DNA of 55,646 nucleotides, filler included, from Sanchytrium tribonematis (taxonomy: Eukaryota): NCBI GenBank assembly GCA_018985235.1. It is 4 parts of 4 records of this genome, joined end to end, with 100 filler letters (N's around TTAATTAATTAA, not from the genome) between each part and the next. Parts side by side here need not be neighbours in the genome. Positions count along the whole stretch, not along the records: positions 1 to 13,923 come from JADGIG010000179.1; 3 more parts are not named here. One strand, 5' to 3'. Below are positions 1 to 9,576 of this stretch, one piece after another (the stretch's first letter is position 1; every line of letters starts with the position of its first letter). Below the pieces are notes generated by a model. That model made no database searches, was not told where the DNA came from, and was given only the letters and a program-made list of their open reading frames with translations. Position numbers and translations under genes: made by a program.

Positions 1-70
1 AAGAAGATGAATAATAAATACCTTTACTGATAATGAGTGATTTGCAAGTGTCCAGTGGCAATACAGAACA
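1..70 (+). repeat. 3' part of 5' LTR
   Basis: Exact copy of 4012-4081, ends ...CAGAACA. Confidence 0.9.
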
Positions 71-3000
71 TACTATTTCGGATTCCGCGCAAAGATGCGT
101 GATTGACTATAAATTTGACCACAAACAGGTTGGATTTACCACTTGGCATTTCGGGTTTTTAAATCTTGCTCGTGCATTAGATGTCCCTGAACATATGTAT
201 TTCCGAGAAATGCTGAAGAATTTACAGCAGGAATACATTAGCTATGCGATGGGAGTCCTTGCAGGACTTGCAAGCTATGAAGGATTTGTAAAGGTGTTGG
301 GTGCGCGATATACAGTTGATTTTCGTGCTGTGGACTTTTACGCATTGAAACAAGGCTCTAAAGGTGTTGAGGAATATGCCGACTATTTGCAAAGATGCGG
401 TAGTATTGCTGGTATTAAAGATCAGGACATTATTGATCATTTCAAGGTGTCATTAAGAGATGAAATTTCTGTAGTATTGATTGCAAGTGAGTTTGGAAAT
501 TGGACAGCTGCTAGAAGAGCAGCTCTTGAAGTTGAAAAAAGATTAGGCAATTCCATGAGCAAGTCCAGTGTTCAAATCCCGGCTGCTTCATCATCTCCAT
601 CTCCATCACCTTTCTGCTTTTATTGCAAAAAGACAGGCCATGTTGCAAAGTACTGCCCCGACAAACCGGCTTTGAGCTGTTCTAAATGTGGAATGAAGGG
701 ACATTTGATTCGAGATTGCCCAAAGAAGGATGTCAACAACATTGAGGTAAAAGAGACAAATTCAGAAGTAAAATTATCTGAAATTTATTTGTCTGTTTGT
801 TTTAATGATCTTCGAACCACTTGCCTCCTCGACACTGGTGCCAATGTATCAATATTAAGTGCCAAAATGGTTGGAAACATGACAAATGTGCAGCTGCAGA
901 AATGCGATTTGGGAGTCTCTTGTGGAGGTGTATTAAAGCAAATCTTAGGAAGAGCATGGGTGAGGGTTGTTCTAAAAGATTTGACGCCCTTTTGGCATTG
1001 GTTTTATGTCTTAGATGGAAATTATCCACTCCATCCAATTATTGGGACTGACATTCTAAATGATCATTTCACCTCCAAATTAGTGATTCAGGAAAAGGAT
1101 TTTGTATTAAACAATGTGGAATATAAAAATGAGATTGAGTCAATTTTGAAACCCAAATTAGCACATTTGGATGAGAAGACATCTTCAATGGTATTGGGAA
1201 TATTCGAGAATTATCATGTGGATCCCCTGAAACCAATCAAAGTTCCTCCAATTGATTTGGAACTGAAAGAAAACGTGGATTTGGAGCAGTTGAGACAGAA
1301 ACCATACCCAGAATCATATCCAGAAGAAAGAGATGAGATTACAGATAAATATATGGCTCGTGGATTCATTAAGAAGGGTGAAAGTCCATTTAGTAGCCCC
1401 TGCTTTATTATTAAACAGAATGGGAAGGCAAGACTAGTCATCGATTATCGAAAGGTCAATACTAATACCAAGCCAAATGGTCTACCCATCCCACGAATTG
1501 ATGATATTGTGCAAGACATTACTGGTTACAAATATGTATCCTGTTTCGATTACGAAACAGGATACAACCAGCTAAGTGTATCAGAGAGAACAGCACAGAT
1601 TACTTCATTTGTTACTGCCAAATCACAATATTTAAATCAACGACTTGGACAAGGATTGCGTATTGGGCCAGGCATATTTCAACATGTTACATCTGAATTG
1701 ACAGCTCATATTGGCAACATCCGCCAGTACATAGACGACATCGCATTATTTCATAATGATCTAGATGAGCATCTGGCAGCAATGGCGGAATTAGTGCGTG
1801 TATGCAGTGAATTTAATATTATTTTAAAATTGAGCAAATGCCAAATAATTCGATCTGAAGTGGAATTCTGCGGATACATGATCTCCCAGCATGGATACAA
1901 GGCCAAGGACAGCTATCTAGTGGAAATCCAGAGCTTGAAATCCCCAGACAGCAAAAGGAAGACTCACAAGATACTTGGCATGTTGTCATGGGTAAAGCCC
2001 TTTATACCTCACTTTGAAGAGGTTGTACAGCCAATAAGAGATGTGATATCTATGAAATCCAAGTTTATATGGTCACCAGCAGCAGAAACAGCTTTGAGAA
2101 ATGCATTGGATTTAGCATCACAGCATCAAATTTCCAACATCAAAAATGGTCCAGATTGTGAGTTGTTTGTTGATGCCAGTAAAGGCAGTATAGGTGGTGC
2201 CATATTCCAGAATGGCATCCTAGTGGGACTGTTTTCTCGTAAATTAAATCGCACCATGCAAAATTGGGATTGTTTTGAAAAAGAATTATACGGTGTTTAC
2301 GTGGGATTGAACAAGTTTGGTAGGTACTTGGGTGGCAACAGGGTTATTATTAGATCAGATAACGAGGCAGCAATCTATTTATTGAATGGTATGGGTAAGA
2401 AGAAGTCCCCCAAAATTCTACGTTGGATCGAATCCATCCAGCTCTATGATTATGATGCATATCACATTTCCGGGGCCAAGAATCAGCTGGCAGATATGTT
2501 GTCTAGATTTGAGCATCGTGAATCCGTAGAGGAGAAGGAGGATCCTCAATTTAGTGTAAATCAAGTGGAAACCAGAAGCAGGAAACGTGCCAGATTGGAA
2601 GAAGAGGCAGCAGAATCTATGGAAGTAGAGCCGACAGTCCAGCAACCAGTGGTGGTGATAGAACCAGTGGTAGAATCAGTGCCAGTTTCTTCTGCTCCAG
2701 TTAATTTGGATACGAATTTGATAAAATGTCATTGTGGAATTCCCAGGCAGGATGATGTTGTTGAATGTACTAATTGTGGTCTATACAGCCATAAATCATG
2801 TATTGCGTGGATGTATACGCCATCTGACTTTTTCTGTGGGCGATGCAATCAATTGCAAAATAAGAGGGGAAATATTCAAAACCGGGATGAACAGATCAAA
2901 TTGCTTCAATCTGCCCATTTGAGTCACCCGGGTAGAAATGCAATGAGGATAATGCTTAGACAGTACCAATGGAATACTAAAGAACAAGATATCAAGGATT

Positions 3001-4025
3001 GTATTGAGAATTGTAGATTTTGTGTGGAGAAAAAGGAGCCAATTATGGCCAAATTACAGCTTAGAAAGCCCAAGAGAGTGAATCACATGTGTGCTATTGA
3101 TTTATTAGAGATTAAGGAAGAGTGTGTGGACTACAGCCATGTAGTTGTGATGCGTGAATACGTGACAGGTGTTTGCGTGCTACATCCAATTCCCAACAAA
3201 TCCCCAGTATATGTATTAGAGGCATTGCTCAAATATTTGGCCAGTTATGGTAAAATGGCAGTGCTAATATGTGACAATGGAACGGAATTCAAGGCTCAAT
3301 TTAAGGAGTATTGTGAAAAAGTGGGTATCCATATGGAATATAGCACGCCAAGAGTGTCACATGAGAATGGATATGCTGAATCAGCTATTAGAGTGGCTAA
3401 ATCTATGATTAGAGTGGCTAGAAAGGAGTTTCCTGAATTACCATTTGAAGTGACAGTTCAGATGGCCAATTTCTGGATTAATTCTAACCCCAAATACAAC
3501 ACAGGGATGTCCCCCACAACATTAATGACAATGATTAATTCCTTTGGGGATGGTTTGGACACAAATATTAGAAATGATTTAATCAAAGAAATCAACAAAA
3601 TGAAGGTAAAACAGGAAATCAGATTTAACAGGGGGTTGAGACATGTAGAAATCAGTGTGGGAGACTCAGTGTGGTATTATCCACCAAATACAAAGCTGAA
3701 ATTGAAAACATTGGCAAAATTAGGAAAAGTCATGGAAATTGTTAGAGAAAAGCAGTATTTAATCCATTTAGAAGGAGAATCCAAATCATTTATTGCACAT
3801 TCAGATGATTTAGTGCCAATTAAAAATGAGATGAATCAGGGGGAATGTTTAGAATTTGGAAATGGAGATGTGAATCATCTCATTTTGAATTGGCAAATGG
3901 ATGGCAACGAGGATGGCAACGAGAGGCGAGAACAAGTAGGAAGTGACCCAGGTGATTGGGTTGATAGAGATGTGAAATTGCCAAATGTGGCAAATAGAGA
4001 ACATAAAAGAGAAGAAGATGAATAA
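33..4025 (+). CDS. Gag-Pol polyprotein (2 CCHC knuckles, aspartic protease, RT, RNase H, PHD finger, integrase)
   Basis: CFYCKKTGHVAKYC, CSKCGMKGHLIRDC, LLDTGA, YIDD, FVDAS/EKEL/RSDN/LADMLS, HLSH..CRFC, IDLL/CDNGTEF/NGYAES. Confidence 0.95.
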   Translation: MSDLQVSSGNTEHTISDSAQRCVIDYKFDHKQVGFTTWHFGFLNLARALDVPEHMYFREMLKNLQQEYISYAMGVLAGLASYEGFVKVLGARYTVDFRAVDFYALKQGSKGVEEYADYLQRCGSIAGIKDQDIIDHFKVSLRDEISVVLIASEFGNWTAARRAALEVEKRLGNSMSKSSVQIPAASSSPSPSPFCFYCKKTGHVAKYCPDKPALSCSKCGMKGHLIRDCPKKDVNNIEVKETNSEVKLSEIYLSVCFNDLRTTCLLDTGANVSILSAKMVGNMTNVQLQKCDLGVSCGGVLKQILGRAWVRVVLKDLTPFWHWFYVLDGNYPLHPIIGTDILNDHFTSKLVIQEKDFVLNNVEYKNEIESILKPKLAHLDEKTSSMVLGIFENYHVDPLKPIKVPPIDLELKENVDLEQLRQKPYPESYPEERDEITDKYMARGFIKKGESPFSSPCFIIKQNGKARLVIDYRKVNTNTKPNGLPIPRIDDIVQDITGYKYVSCFDYETGYNQLSVSERTAQITSFVTAKSQYLNQRLGQGLRIGPGIFQHVTSELTAHIGNIRQYIDDIALFHNDLDEHLAAMAELVRVCSEFNIILKLSKCQIIRSEVEFCGYMISQHGYKAKDSYLVEIQSLKSPDSKRKTHKILGMLSWVKPFIPHFEEVVQPIRDVISMKSKFIWSPAAETALRNALDLASQHQISNIKNGPDCELFVDASKGSIGGAIFQNGILVGLFSRKLNRTMQNWDCFEKELYGVYVGLNKFGRYLGGNRVIIRSDNEAAIYLLNGMGKKKSPKILRWIESIQLYDYDAYHISGAKNQLADMLSRFEHRESVEEKEDPQFSVNQVETRSRKRARLEEEAAESMEVEPTVQQPVVVIEPVVESVPVSSAPVNLDTNLIKCHCGIPRQDDVVECTNCGLYSHKSCIAWMYTPSDFFCGRCNQLQNKRGNIQNRDEQIKLLQSAHLSHPGRNAMRIMLRQYQWNTKEQDIKDCIENCRFCVEKKEPIMAKLQLRKPKRVNHMCAIDLLEIKEECVDYSHVVVMREYVTGVCVLHPIPNKSPVYVLEALLKYLASYGKMAVLICDNGTEFKAQFKEYCEKVGIHMEYSTPRVSHENGYAESAIRVAKSMIRVARKEFPELPFEVTVQMANFWINSNPKYNTGMSPTTLMTMINSFGDGLDTNIRNDLIKEINKMKVKQEIRFNRGLRHVEISVGDSVWYYPPNTKLKLKTLAKLGKVMEIVREKQYLIHLEGESKSFIAHSDDLVPIKNEMNQGECLEFGNGDVNHLILNWQMDGNEDGNERREQVGSDPGDWVDRDVKLPNVANREHKREEDE
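3838..3845 (+). other. Polypurine tract
   Basis: AGGGGGAA immediately before TG of 3' LTR. Confidence 0.75.
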
Positions 4026-4081
4026 TAAATACCTTTACTGATAATGAGTGATTTGCAAGTGTCCAGTGGCAATACAGAACA
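3846..4081 (+). repeat. 3' LTR (~236 bp)
   Basis: TGTT...AACA termini, follows PPT, last 70 nt identical to 1-70; contains GATGGCAACGAG x2 and AATAAA at 4024. Confidence 0.8.
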
Positions 4082-4525
4082 TTACTGGTTGTTTTGATTT
4101 ATTAAAACATCTTTTGTTCCGTTCAAGTAATATCTTAAAAAGTCTTTTTGCCTATTTTCTTCCAAATCTCTTCATTGCCATTTTTGGATCTTTCAATTTC
4201 TTTGCCATTTGCCATGCCATATATCTATTTTGATTATTTAAATACATTAACAGTTCGCGAATTTTAAATTAATACAAATATTCAACTTCATCCAAAGATG
4301 CTCTCAATCCCCCTTTTTCTGTTTCCATATTACATGCATTTGTCACAGCCATGTAATGAAAATTGTAACAAGTGGATCTGTTTTGATCAAAGATACCATG
4401 TAAAATGATTGATTTGTGTGCTTTTATATGTAACGATTGTAGTGATAGGTACATTTTAATAAATAAAAGACGTCTAAAAATTTAAATAAAAAACACGGTG
4501 TGTAATAAAACCAATTATGATACTT

Positions 4526-4834
4526 TCAATTTATTGGTTTTTTTACACGAACAGGAGCTCGATCAATAATAACAGTGCTAAATTGTTTTGAACAATCATA
4601 TTCAGCTTTGAGACAATCTTCATCTTCACATAAAGCATTGCACTTATCCAATTTGTTTTTATCTGGGCTTTCCTGTCGAAGATCATCTCCGTATCTAGTC
4701 TTGCAATTAGCTAATGCTTCAGATTCACAATCAAGTTGATTTTGACAAGATAGACTTTGCCAGACGACACAATTGCTAAATGGAGTCAATGGAGACAAAG
4801 CTGGGATAGCGTAAGAGAACATAATGTAAATCAT
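4526..4834 (-). CDS. Small cysteine-rich putative secreted protein
   Basis: MIYIMFSYAIP leader, 8 Cys, CTCCC motif upstream of ATG; longer ORF extension overlaps 5S and is rejected. Confidence 0.55.
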   Translation of the reverse strand: MIYIMFSYAIPALSPLTPFSNCVVWQSLSCQNQLDCESEALANCKTRYGDDLRQESPDKNKLDKCNALCEDEDCLKAEYDCSKQFSTVIIDRAPVRVKKPIN

Positions 4835-4942
4835 GAACGAAGAAGGGAGTTTTTCTTTAAATTTAACAGTCATTAATTTAAAGCGCCATTTGATTCGTGG
4901 ACTAAATGAGGACGAAATAATAGCAATTGGTAAAAATACAAA

Positions 4943-5060
4943 AGCTACAGCACATGGGATTCCCACCCCGTCTCCGATGGCAGTACTAACCATGCCAGCA
5001 CCTGCTTAACTTCTGAAATTTGACAGGATCAGGTGTTTCCAGGTGTGTATGGCCGTAGCT
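4943..5060 (-). rRNA. 5S rRNA
   Basis: AGCTACGGCCATAC...GAAGTTAAGC...GTTAGTACT...GGGAATCCCATGTGCTGTAGCT then T run; complementary termini, ~118 nt. Confidence 0.92.
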
Positions 5061-5158
5061 GACTTTAAGTTAAGTTACAATACTTGTTTTTTAGATATTG
5101 CCAACCAAGTCGCGTGATAACAGAATAGTTTCGATACATATTCCTGAAAAGTAATTTA

Positions 5159-6209
5159 CTAAACTTCTAAAGCACTTATATGTTTTTGCCAATCCTTGAG
5201 TTTTCCGACAAATAACCCAATGTCTTCTTTTCCTAAAACTTGAGGATATACTCTATCAATGTAAATCATTTGACCAACTTGATCAATTTTTCCTTTCAAA
5301 AGGCCTTGGCCCATTAATCTCATCAGTTGTATTTCTAGATCTGGAACTCTGACCTGTTGCATCAATTGCGAGAATGGAACTTGTTTCGAATTCAATTTGA
5401 ACAAGATTACCAATACAGTCATCAAGTGAAATTTTCGAGTAAGAGCATCCATATGGGAGTTCAATACATTCTAAGTTATTATGAAATACATGCTGGGCTA
5501 TTTTGGGCTTTAATTGCTCGAATTGAGAAAGCTGACCATGTTCAGCAGCTGATATTAAGTCACTCAGCCATTTATCTACATGTTTGAAGACTTCATGTGA
5601 TGTTAATTCTCCAAATCTATAGATATTTCCTAGTAAAGCTGCAATACTCATATTTGTACCCCTACTAACAAGTTCTTCTTTTGATAAATTGGTTGCATAT
5701 TTAAGATACTCAAATGAAGTATTGTAATAAGATTCAAATTCGCCTTTTAGTTGATATACATCTGCTTTCACCTTGTAATATTGTGCATTGACAATTGGTT
5801 CAAAGCTTAGTACTCTAGACATTGTCAATTCCACCTCAGAAAGCAAATTATTAGCAAGTTCAAATTGTTGAAGAGTTTGGTTTTGTTGAATGACCAACAA
5901 CTTGATGTAGACAAAAGCCTGAATTTTGAAGCATGTCCATTTCTTAAAGTCGTCTTCAGTTGGGGTAAATTTTAATAATAAAGGACTTAGAAACGCCAAA
6001 GCATCAGCTGGAGCTTTCAAAAGACAAGTGCGTTGAGCCAAGATTGATAATGATAGTGGGTGAATATTAGACTCCATTGGGTGAACAAATTGAGGGTAAA
6101 GTTGCGGAAGTCGGTCTGGTTGTTTTTCCGAAATATCCAACAGTAACTGCGTCAACTGATGGTATTGTTTGGCTTTTAATAACGATGACAATTGAGATGT
6201 ATCTGCCAT
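5159..6209 (-). CDS. RPN9: 26S proteasome lid subunit Rpn9/PSMD13 (exons 6209-5490, 5470-5159)
   Basis: AALLGNIYRFGEL and PCI tail LMRLMGQGLLKGKIDQV joined by 19-nt intron. Confidence 0.88.
5471..5489 (-). other. 19-nt intron GTATTTCATAATAACTTAG
   Basis: Removal fuses the two Rpn9 frames. Confidence 0.85.
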
Positions 6210-6244
6210 GAAGGAGAAAGTTGCAAAAAATATTCATAAATTTA

Positions 6245-8137
6245 TTATGAGTTACGAAACTTATAACTTCCATCTTGATTCTTTAACAGAAAGGCTTGCT
6301 CATTTAATTTATCAAATGCATTGAAGAACATATTACCAACCAATCCGTACTGACTTCCGATTTGTCTGATTTCTTGAATGGTGATATTGTTACTATTCCG
6401 AGCGCAATGTCGCTCTATTCCTTTCAGAAGATCGTTGGGTCTCCCTTTTGTTTTTACAGGAGCTAATTCAACAGCAAGTCCGACATTCAGCGACTTAAAC
6501 ATAGTACTTTCCATCAATGTAACAATGTCCTGAGCATGTTCTTTGGTGACTTCGTCTTTAAATTCCATTTTTGCCCTTGCTTCTGAAAGCCGAATCATGC
6601 TTTCTAGATGTCTTATCGTAATGTTAGAAATCTCATTGTGCTTCGTAGCCCTTCTTAGCTTTAAATAAAATTCCTTAAGGATTGCTTTTGCCTCTTCAGA
6701 AATCACTGGCGTAATAAATTCTCGACCATATCGAATAAGAGCTTGTAAGGTATTGATTGGTATATCAGGATGCTTAATTATATGGCGGATTCTCACTACT
6801 TTTTCAACTAAAGTGTCATTTTGGTTGTCAATAATAGGAAAGACCAAATCAAATCTGGAAAACAGTGCAAAAGGGATATTGACGTTCTCGTTCAGTGTTT
6901 TATAAGGCATGAACCTACCACCTTTAGGATTTGCAGCACAAATAACTGAGGTCCTGGCTTTTAAGTGGATTTTTAAACCTGCTTTTGCCATTCGGATTTC
7001 ACCTTGCTCCATAGCTTCTAATAGCGGAGCTTTGTCAGGAAGCTTATCAAGCTCATCGATTATACAATGACCCTTATCGGCCAATACTAATGGGCCGGCT
7101 TCGATGGAGAAATCAGGACCATCTCTTATTAATGCAATTGTTAATCCAGAATTTGTCACTCCAGAACTACCGCAGACGTAAAAACCTCTGGGACTAGCTT
7201 GACCTAGCGCATTCAAAAGAACGGATTTACCCTTACCAGGCTCCCCTAGTAACAGTATATGTATTTGATCTCTCATATCATGATCTTTCCTTTTCGTAGG
7301 ACCAAACAAACTTAGCATTAGTCCAAATTTGACTTGTTCCATACCCTCAATATTAACACAAAAAGAATCAATCATCTTTTTAACAATATTTGGATCATTT
7401 ATAAGCTCTTTAATTTGTCTTTTCATTTCATTTGAGAATATTTGTTTCTTAATTTTTAACGATTCTGACTGTATTGAGTTTCCGTAAAGTATAAAGCTGT
7501 ACAAATTGTCTCTGGACTCTGTTACATGAAGAATACCAGAGATTACGCATTCATCTCCAGGCCTAATTTTATCGACAAGATGCTCTCCAAAGAGAAGCAC
7601 CTCTTGTCTTTTTGGAACTCTTCCTTCAAGACCTTCAAAAAGATTCTCTTGAATATAAATGCTTTGCATATTTATAGTTCTTATAAACTCGTGATCTCTC
7701 TCAAAATGAAAAGACTTGGATTTACATCCTAGTTTGTCGCATTTTGTTGGCTTTTCATTTTCGTGAATGTAAATAGTCTTAAGCTGGCTGCAGGTCTTGC
7801 ATGAGTAAACAGCCACTTTCCACACTGGCCTAATATTTCCCAATTTGGATACAATCCCCTTTATTGAGACAAATTCGCCCACTCTATGACTTATCAATTC
7901 ATTAAAAGGGATAACCAGCTGATTTATAATCTGGGGTGGGGTCAATTCATCATTATTTAGACAACACGCCATCAAATTGAGCAATTCTTGATCGATTTTA
8001 AAATCACTCAAGTGATTAAACTCGATTATTGGCTTTACTAGTTTAAAAATATCTTTGAGTTTTTTATACATTTTACCTGTAAAGGGCTCTTTAGGATACA
8101 TCTTCTTGAAATTGTCTTGGACCGAAGAATTAGCCAT
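6245..8137 (-). CDS. MCM8: MCM8 helicase
   Basis: GEPGKGKS, SPRGFYVCG, IDELDK, LEAMEQ, SRFDL; CxxC..C..C Zn finger. Confidence 0.8.
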   Translation of the reverse strand: MANSSVQDNFKKMYPKEPFTGKMYKKLKDIFKLVKPIIEFNHLSDFKIDQELLNLMACCLNNDELTPPQIINQLVIPFNELISHRVGEFVSIKGIVSKLGNIRPVWKVAVYSCKTCSQLKTIYIHENEKPTKCDKLGCKSKSFHFERDHEFIRTINMQSIYIQENLFEGLEGRVPKRQEVLLFGEHLVDKIRPGDECVISGILHVTESRDNLYSFILYGNSIQSESLKIKKQIFSNEMKRQIKELINDPNIVKKMIDSFCVNIEGMEQVKFGLMLSLFGPTKRKDHDMRDQIHILLLGEPGKGKSVLLNALGQASPRGFYVCGSSGVTNSGLTIALIRDGPDFSIEAGPLVLADKGHCIIDELDKLPDKAPLLEAMEQGEIRMAKAGLKIHLKARTSVICAANPKGGRFMPYKTLNENVNIPFALFSRFDLVFPIIDNQNDTLVEKVVRIRHIIKHPDIPINTLQALIRYGREFITPVISEEAKAILKEFYLKLRRATKHNEISNITIRHLESMIRLSEARAKMEFKDEVTKEHAQDIVTLMESTMFKSLNVGLAVELAPVKTKGRPNDLLKGIERHCARNSNNITIQEIRQIGSQYGLVGNMFFNAFDKLNEQAFLLKNQDGSYKFRNS

Positions 8138-8164
8138 ACAAGTTTAAAGAACAGTTTCGAACGG

Positions 8165-9568
8165 ATGAAACCGGAAGAATTGCAATTAAGTAGCGAAACA
8201 AAGAGTTTGATCCACGATTTAAAGGAAAATGGTTACCATTGGCTTCATCAAGAAGTTTTTGAAAAAAATCCTCTCGAGACTGTTGAAAATTTAGTTCCGT
8301 TTTTGCCTATTGAAGCACTTATTGACGGCAAATTAAATCCACTTTACACAGAACACGAATATCTGTTTGCATTATTTAAATTAGGGTGTATAAAAATGCA
8401 AAGATACAGAAAAGCAAACTTTTTGAATATGGACGAATTGATTGATATTATTGATAGAAGTAAAAAAATATTGGTCATAACAGGAGCTGGGATATCTGTT
8501 GCCGCCGGAATACCTGATTTTAGAGGTAAGAATGGGTTGTACTCTCAATTGAAGACAGAATATCCCGAACTCACTGAGCCTCAGGAAATGTTTGACTTGC
8601 ATGTATTTAAAGACAATCCGTCAATATTCTATTCATTTGCTCACAAAATATATCCTTCTAATTTTAACCCAACCTTATCTCATAAATTTATTTTGGAATT
8701 GGAAAAAAAAGGAAAATTGTTAAAAAATTATACACAAAATATCGATGGACTTGAAAATGTTGCAGGTATTACAAAAGTGATTCAGTGTCATGGCTCTTTC
8801 GAATTTGCGTATTGCCTTAAATGTGGTTTAAAAGTAAAAGGGGGCACCATTGAGAAAGAAATATTTGAGAAAGTCGTGCCTTTTTGCAAGAAATGTCCTA
8901 AAGACGAGGATTTACCTGCAATAATGAAGCCTTGTATAACCTTCTTTCACGAAAAGCTTCCGCAGACTTTCGACGATGCAATCGAACACGACGTTGACGA
9001 GTGCGACCTCGTAATCGTCATGGGAAGTTCATTGAAAGTAGCACCAGTTGCCGAGCTTGTACACCTTGTTCGTCCTCAGGTTCCGCAAGTTCTGATCAAC
9101 CGAGAACTGCTCCGTCATTTAAGATCCCATTTCGATATTCATCTGTTGGGTAATTCAGACGCTGTTGTATCTGATATATGCAATAGACTGAATTGGAATT
9201 TAGAATCTTCTTTAGATTCTGTGCCACCTGTTGTCTCTCAACCTAATCATTACATTTATGAAAACGGAAAACTCGAAATAGAATCGCAGATTACTGTTAC
9301 AAGCATCACAGAATCTGAGACTGGGAATGATGATGGGTCTAGTATTGCAGACGAAGGAAGTATTGAAGAAGATGAGCTGGCTGGTTTATATATGGACCAG
9401 CAAGATATGGAAGATTTGCCGCCAACTGAGGCGAAAATAAGGAAATTTGAAATGAATGTTTTGCAAGAAGAAAGCAGTGAAGATGACAATGATTTTAATC
9501 CTTATAAGAGAAAAAAGCTTGAAAGCCCAAATGCTGAAAAGATCATAAGAATCCCTGAAAAATTGTAA
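8165..9568 (+). CDS. SIR2: Sir2/SIRT1-class NAD-dependent deacetylase
   Basis: GAGISVAAGIPDFR, YTQNIDGLE, QCHGSF, GSSLKVAP; first ATG at 8165. Confidence 0.9.
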   Translation: MKPEELQLSSETKSLIHDLKENGYHWLHQEVFEKNPLETVENLVPFLPIEALIDGKLNPLYTEHEYLFALFKLGCIKMQRYRKANFLNMDELIDIIDRSKKILVITGAGISVAAGIPDFRGKNGLYSQLKTEYPELTEPQEMFDLHVFKDNPSIFYSFAHKIYPSNFNPTLSHKFILELEKKGKLLKNYTQNIDGLENVAGITKVIQCHGSFEFAYCLKCGLKVKGGTIEKEIFEKVVPFCKKCPKDEDLPAIMKPCITFFHEKLPQTFDDAIEHDVDECDLVIVMGSSLKVAPVAELVHLVRPQVPQVLINRELLRHLRSHFDIHLLGNSDAVVSDICNRLNWNLESSLDSVPPVVSQPNHYIYENGKLEIESQITVTSITESETGNDDGSSIADEGSIEEDELAGLYMDQQDMEDLPPTEAKIRKFEMNVLQEESSEDDNDFNPYKRKKLESPNAEKIIRIPEKL

Positions 9569-9576
9569 TTAAATAT

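Larger units (their letters stand above)
1..4081 (+). mobile_element. Ty3/Gypsy LTR retrotransposon, apparently intact (5' LTR cut by contig start)
   Basis: Single gag-pol ORF with PR-RT-RH-INT order; nt 1-70 identical to 4012-4081; PPT then TG...CA LTR. Confidence 0.95.

Noticed and set aside
1..4082. Terminal repeat as circular-contig overlap
   Set aside because: The repeat ends at a CA with a PPT/TG partner and host sequence continues, so it is an LTR
4082..4454. Short ORFs 4048-4233 and 4269-4454
   Set aside because: No recognisable motifs; 4048 begins inside the LTR
4835..4993. N-terminal extension of ORF 4526-4993
   Set aside because: Runs through the 5S rRNA gene; better start at 4834
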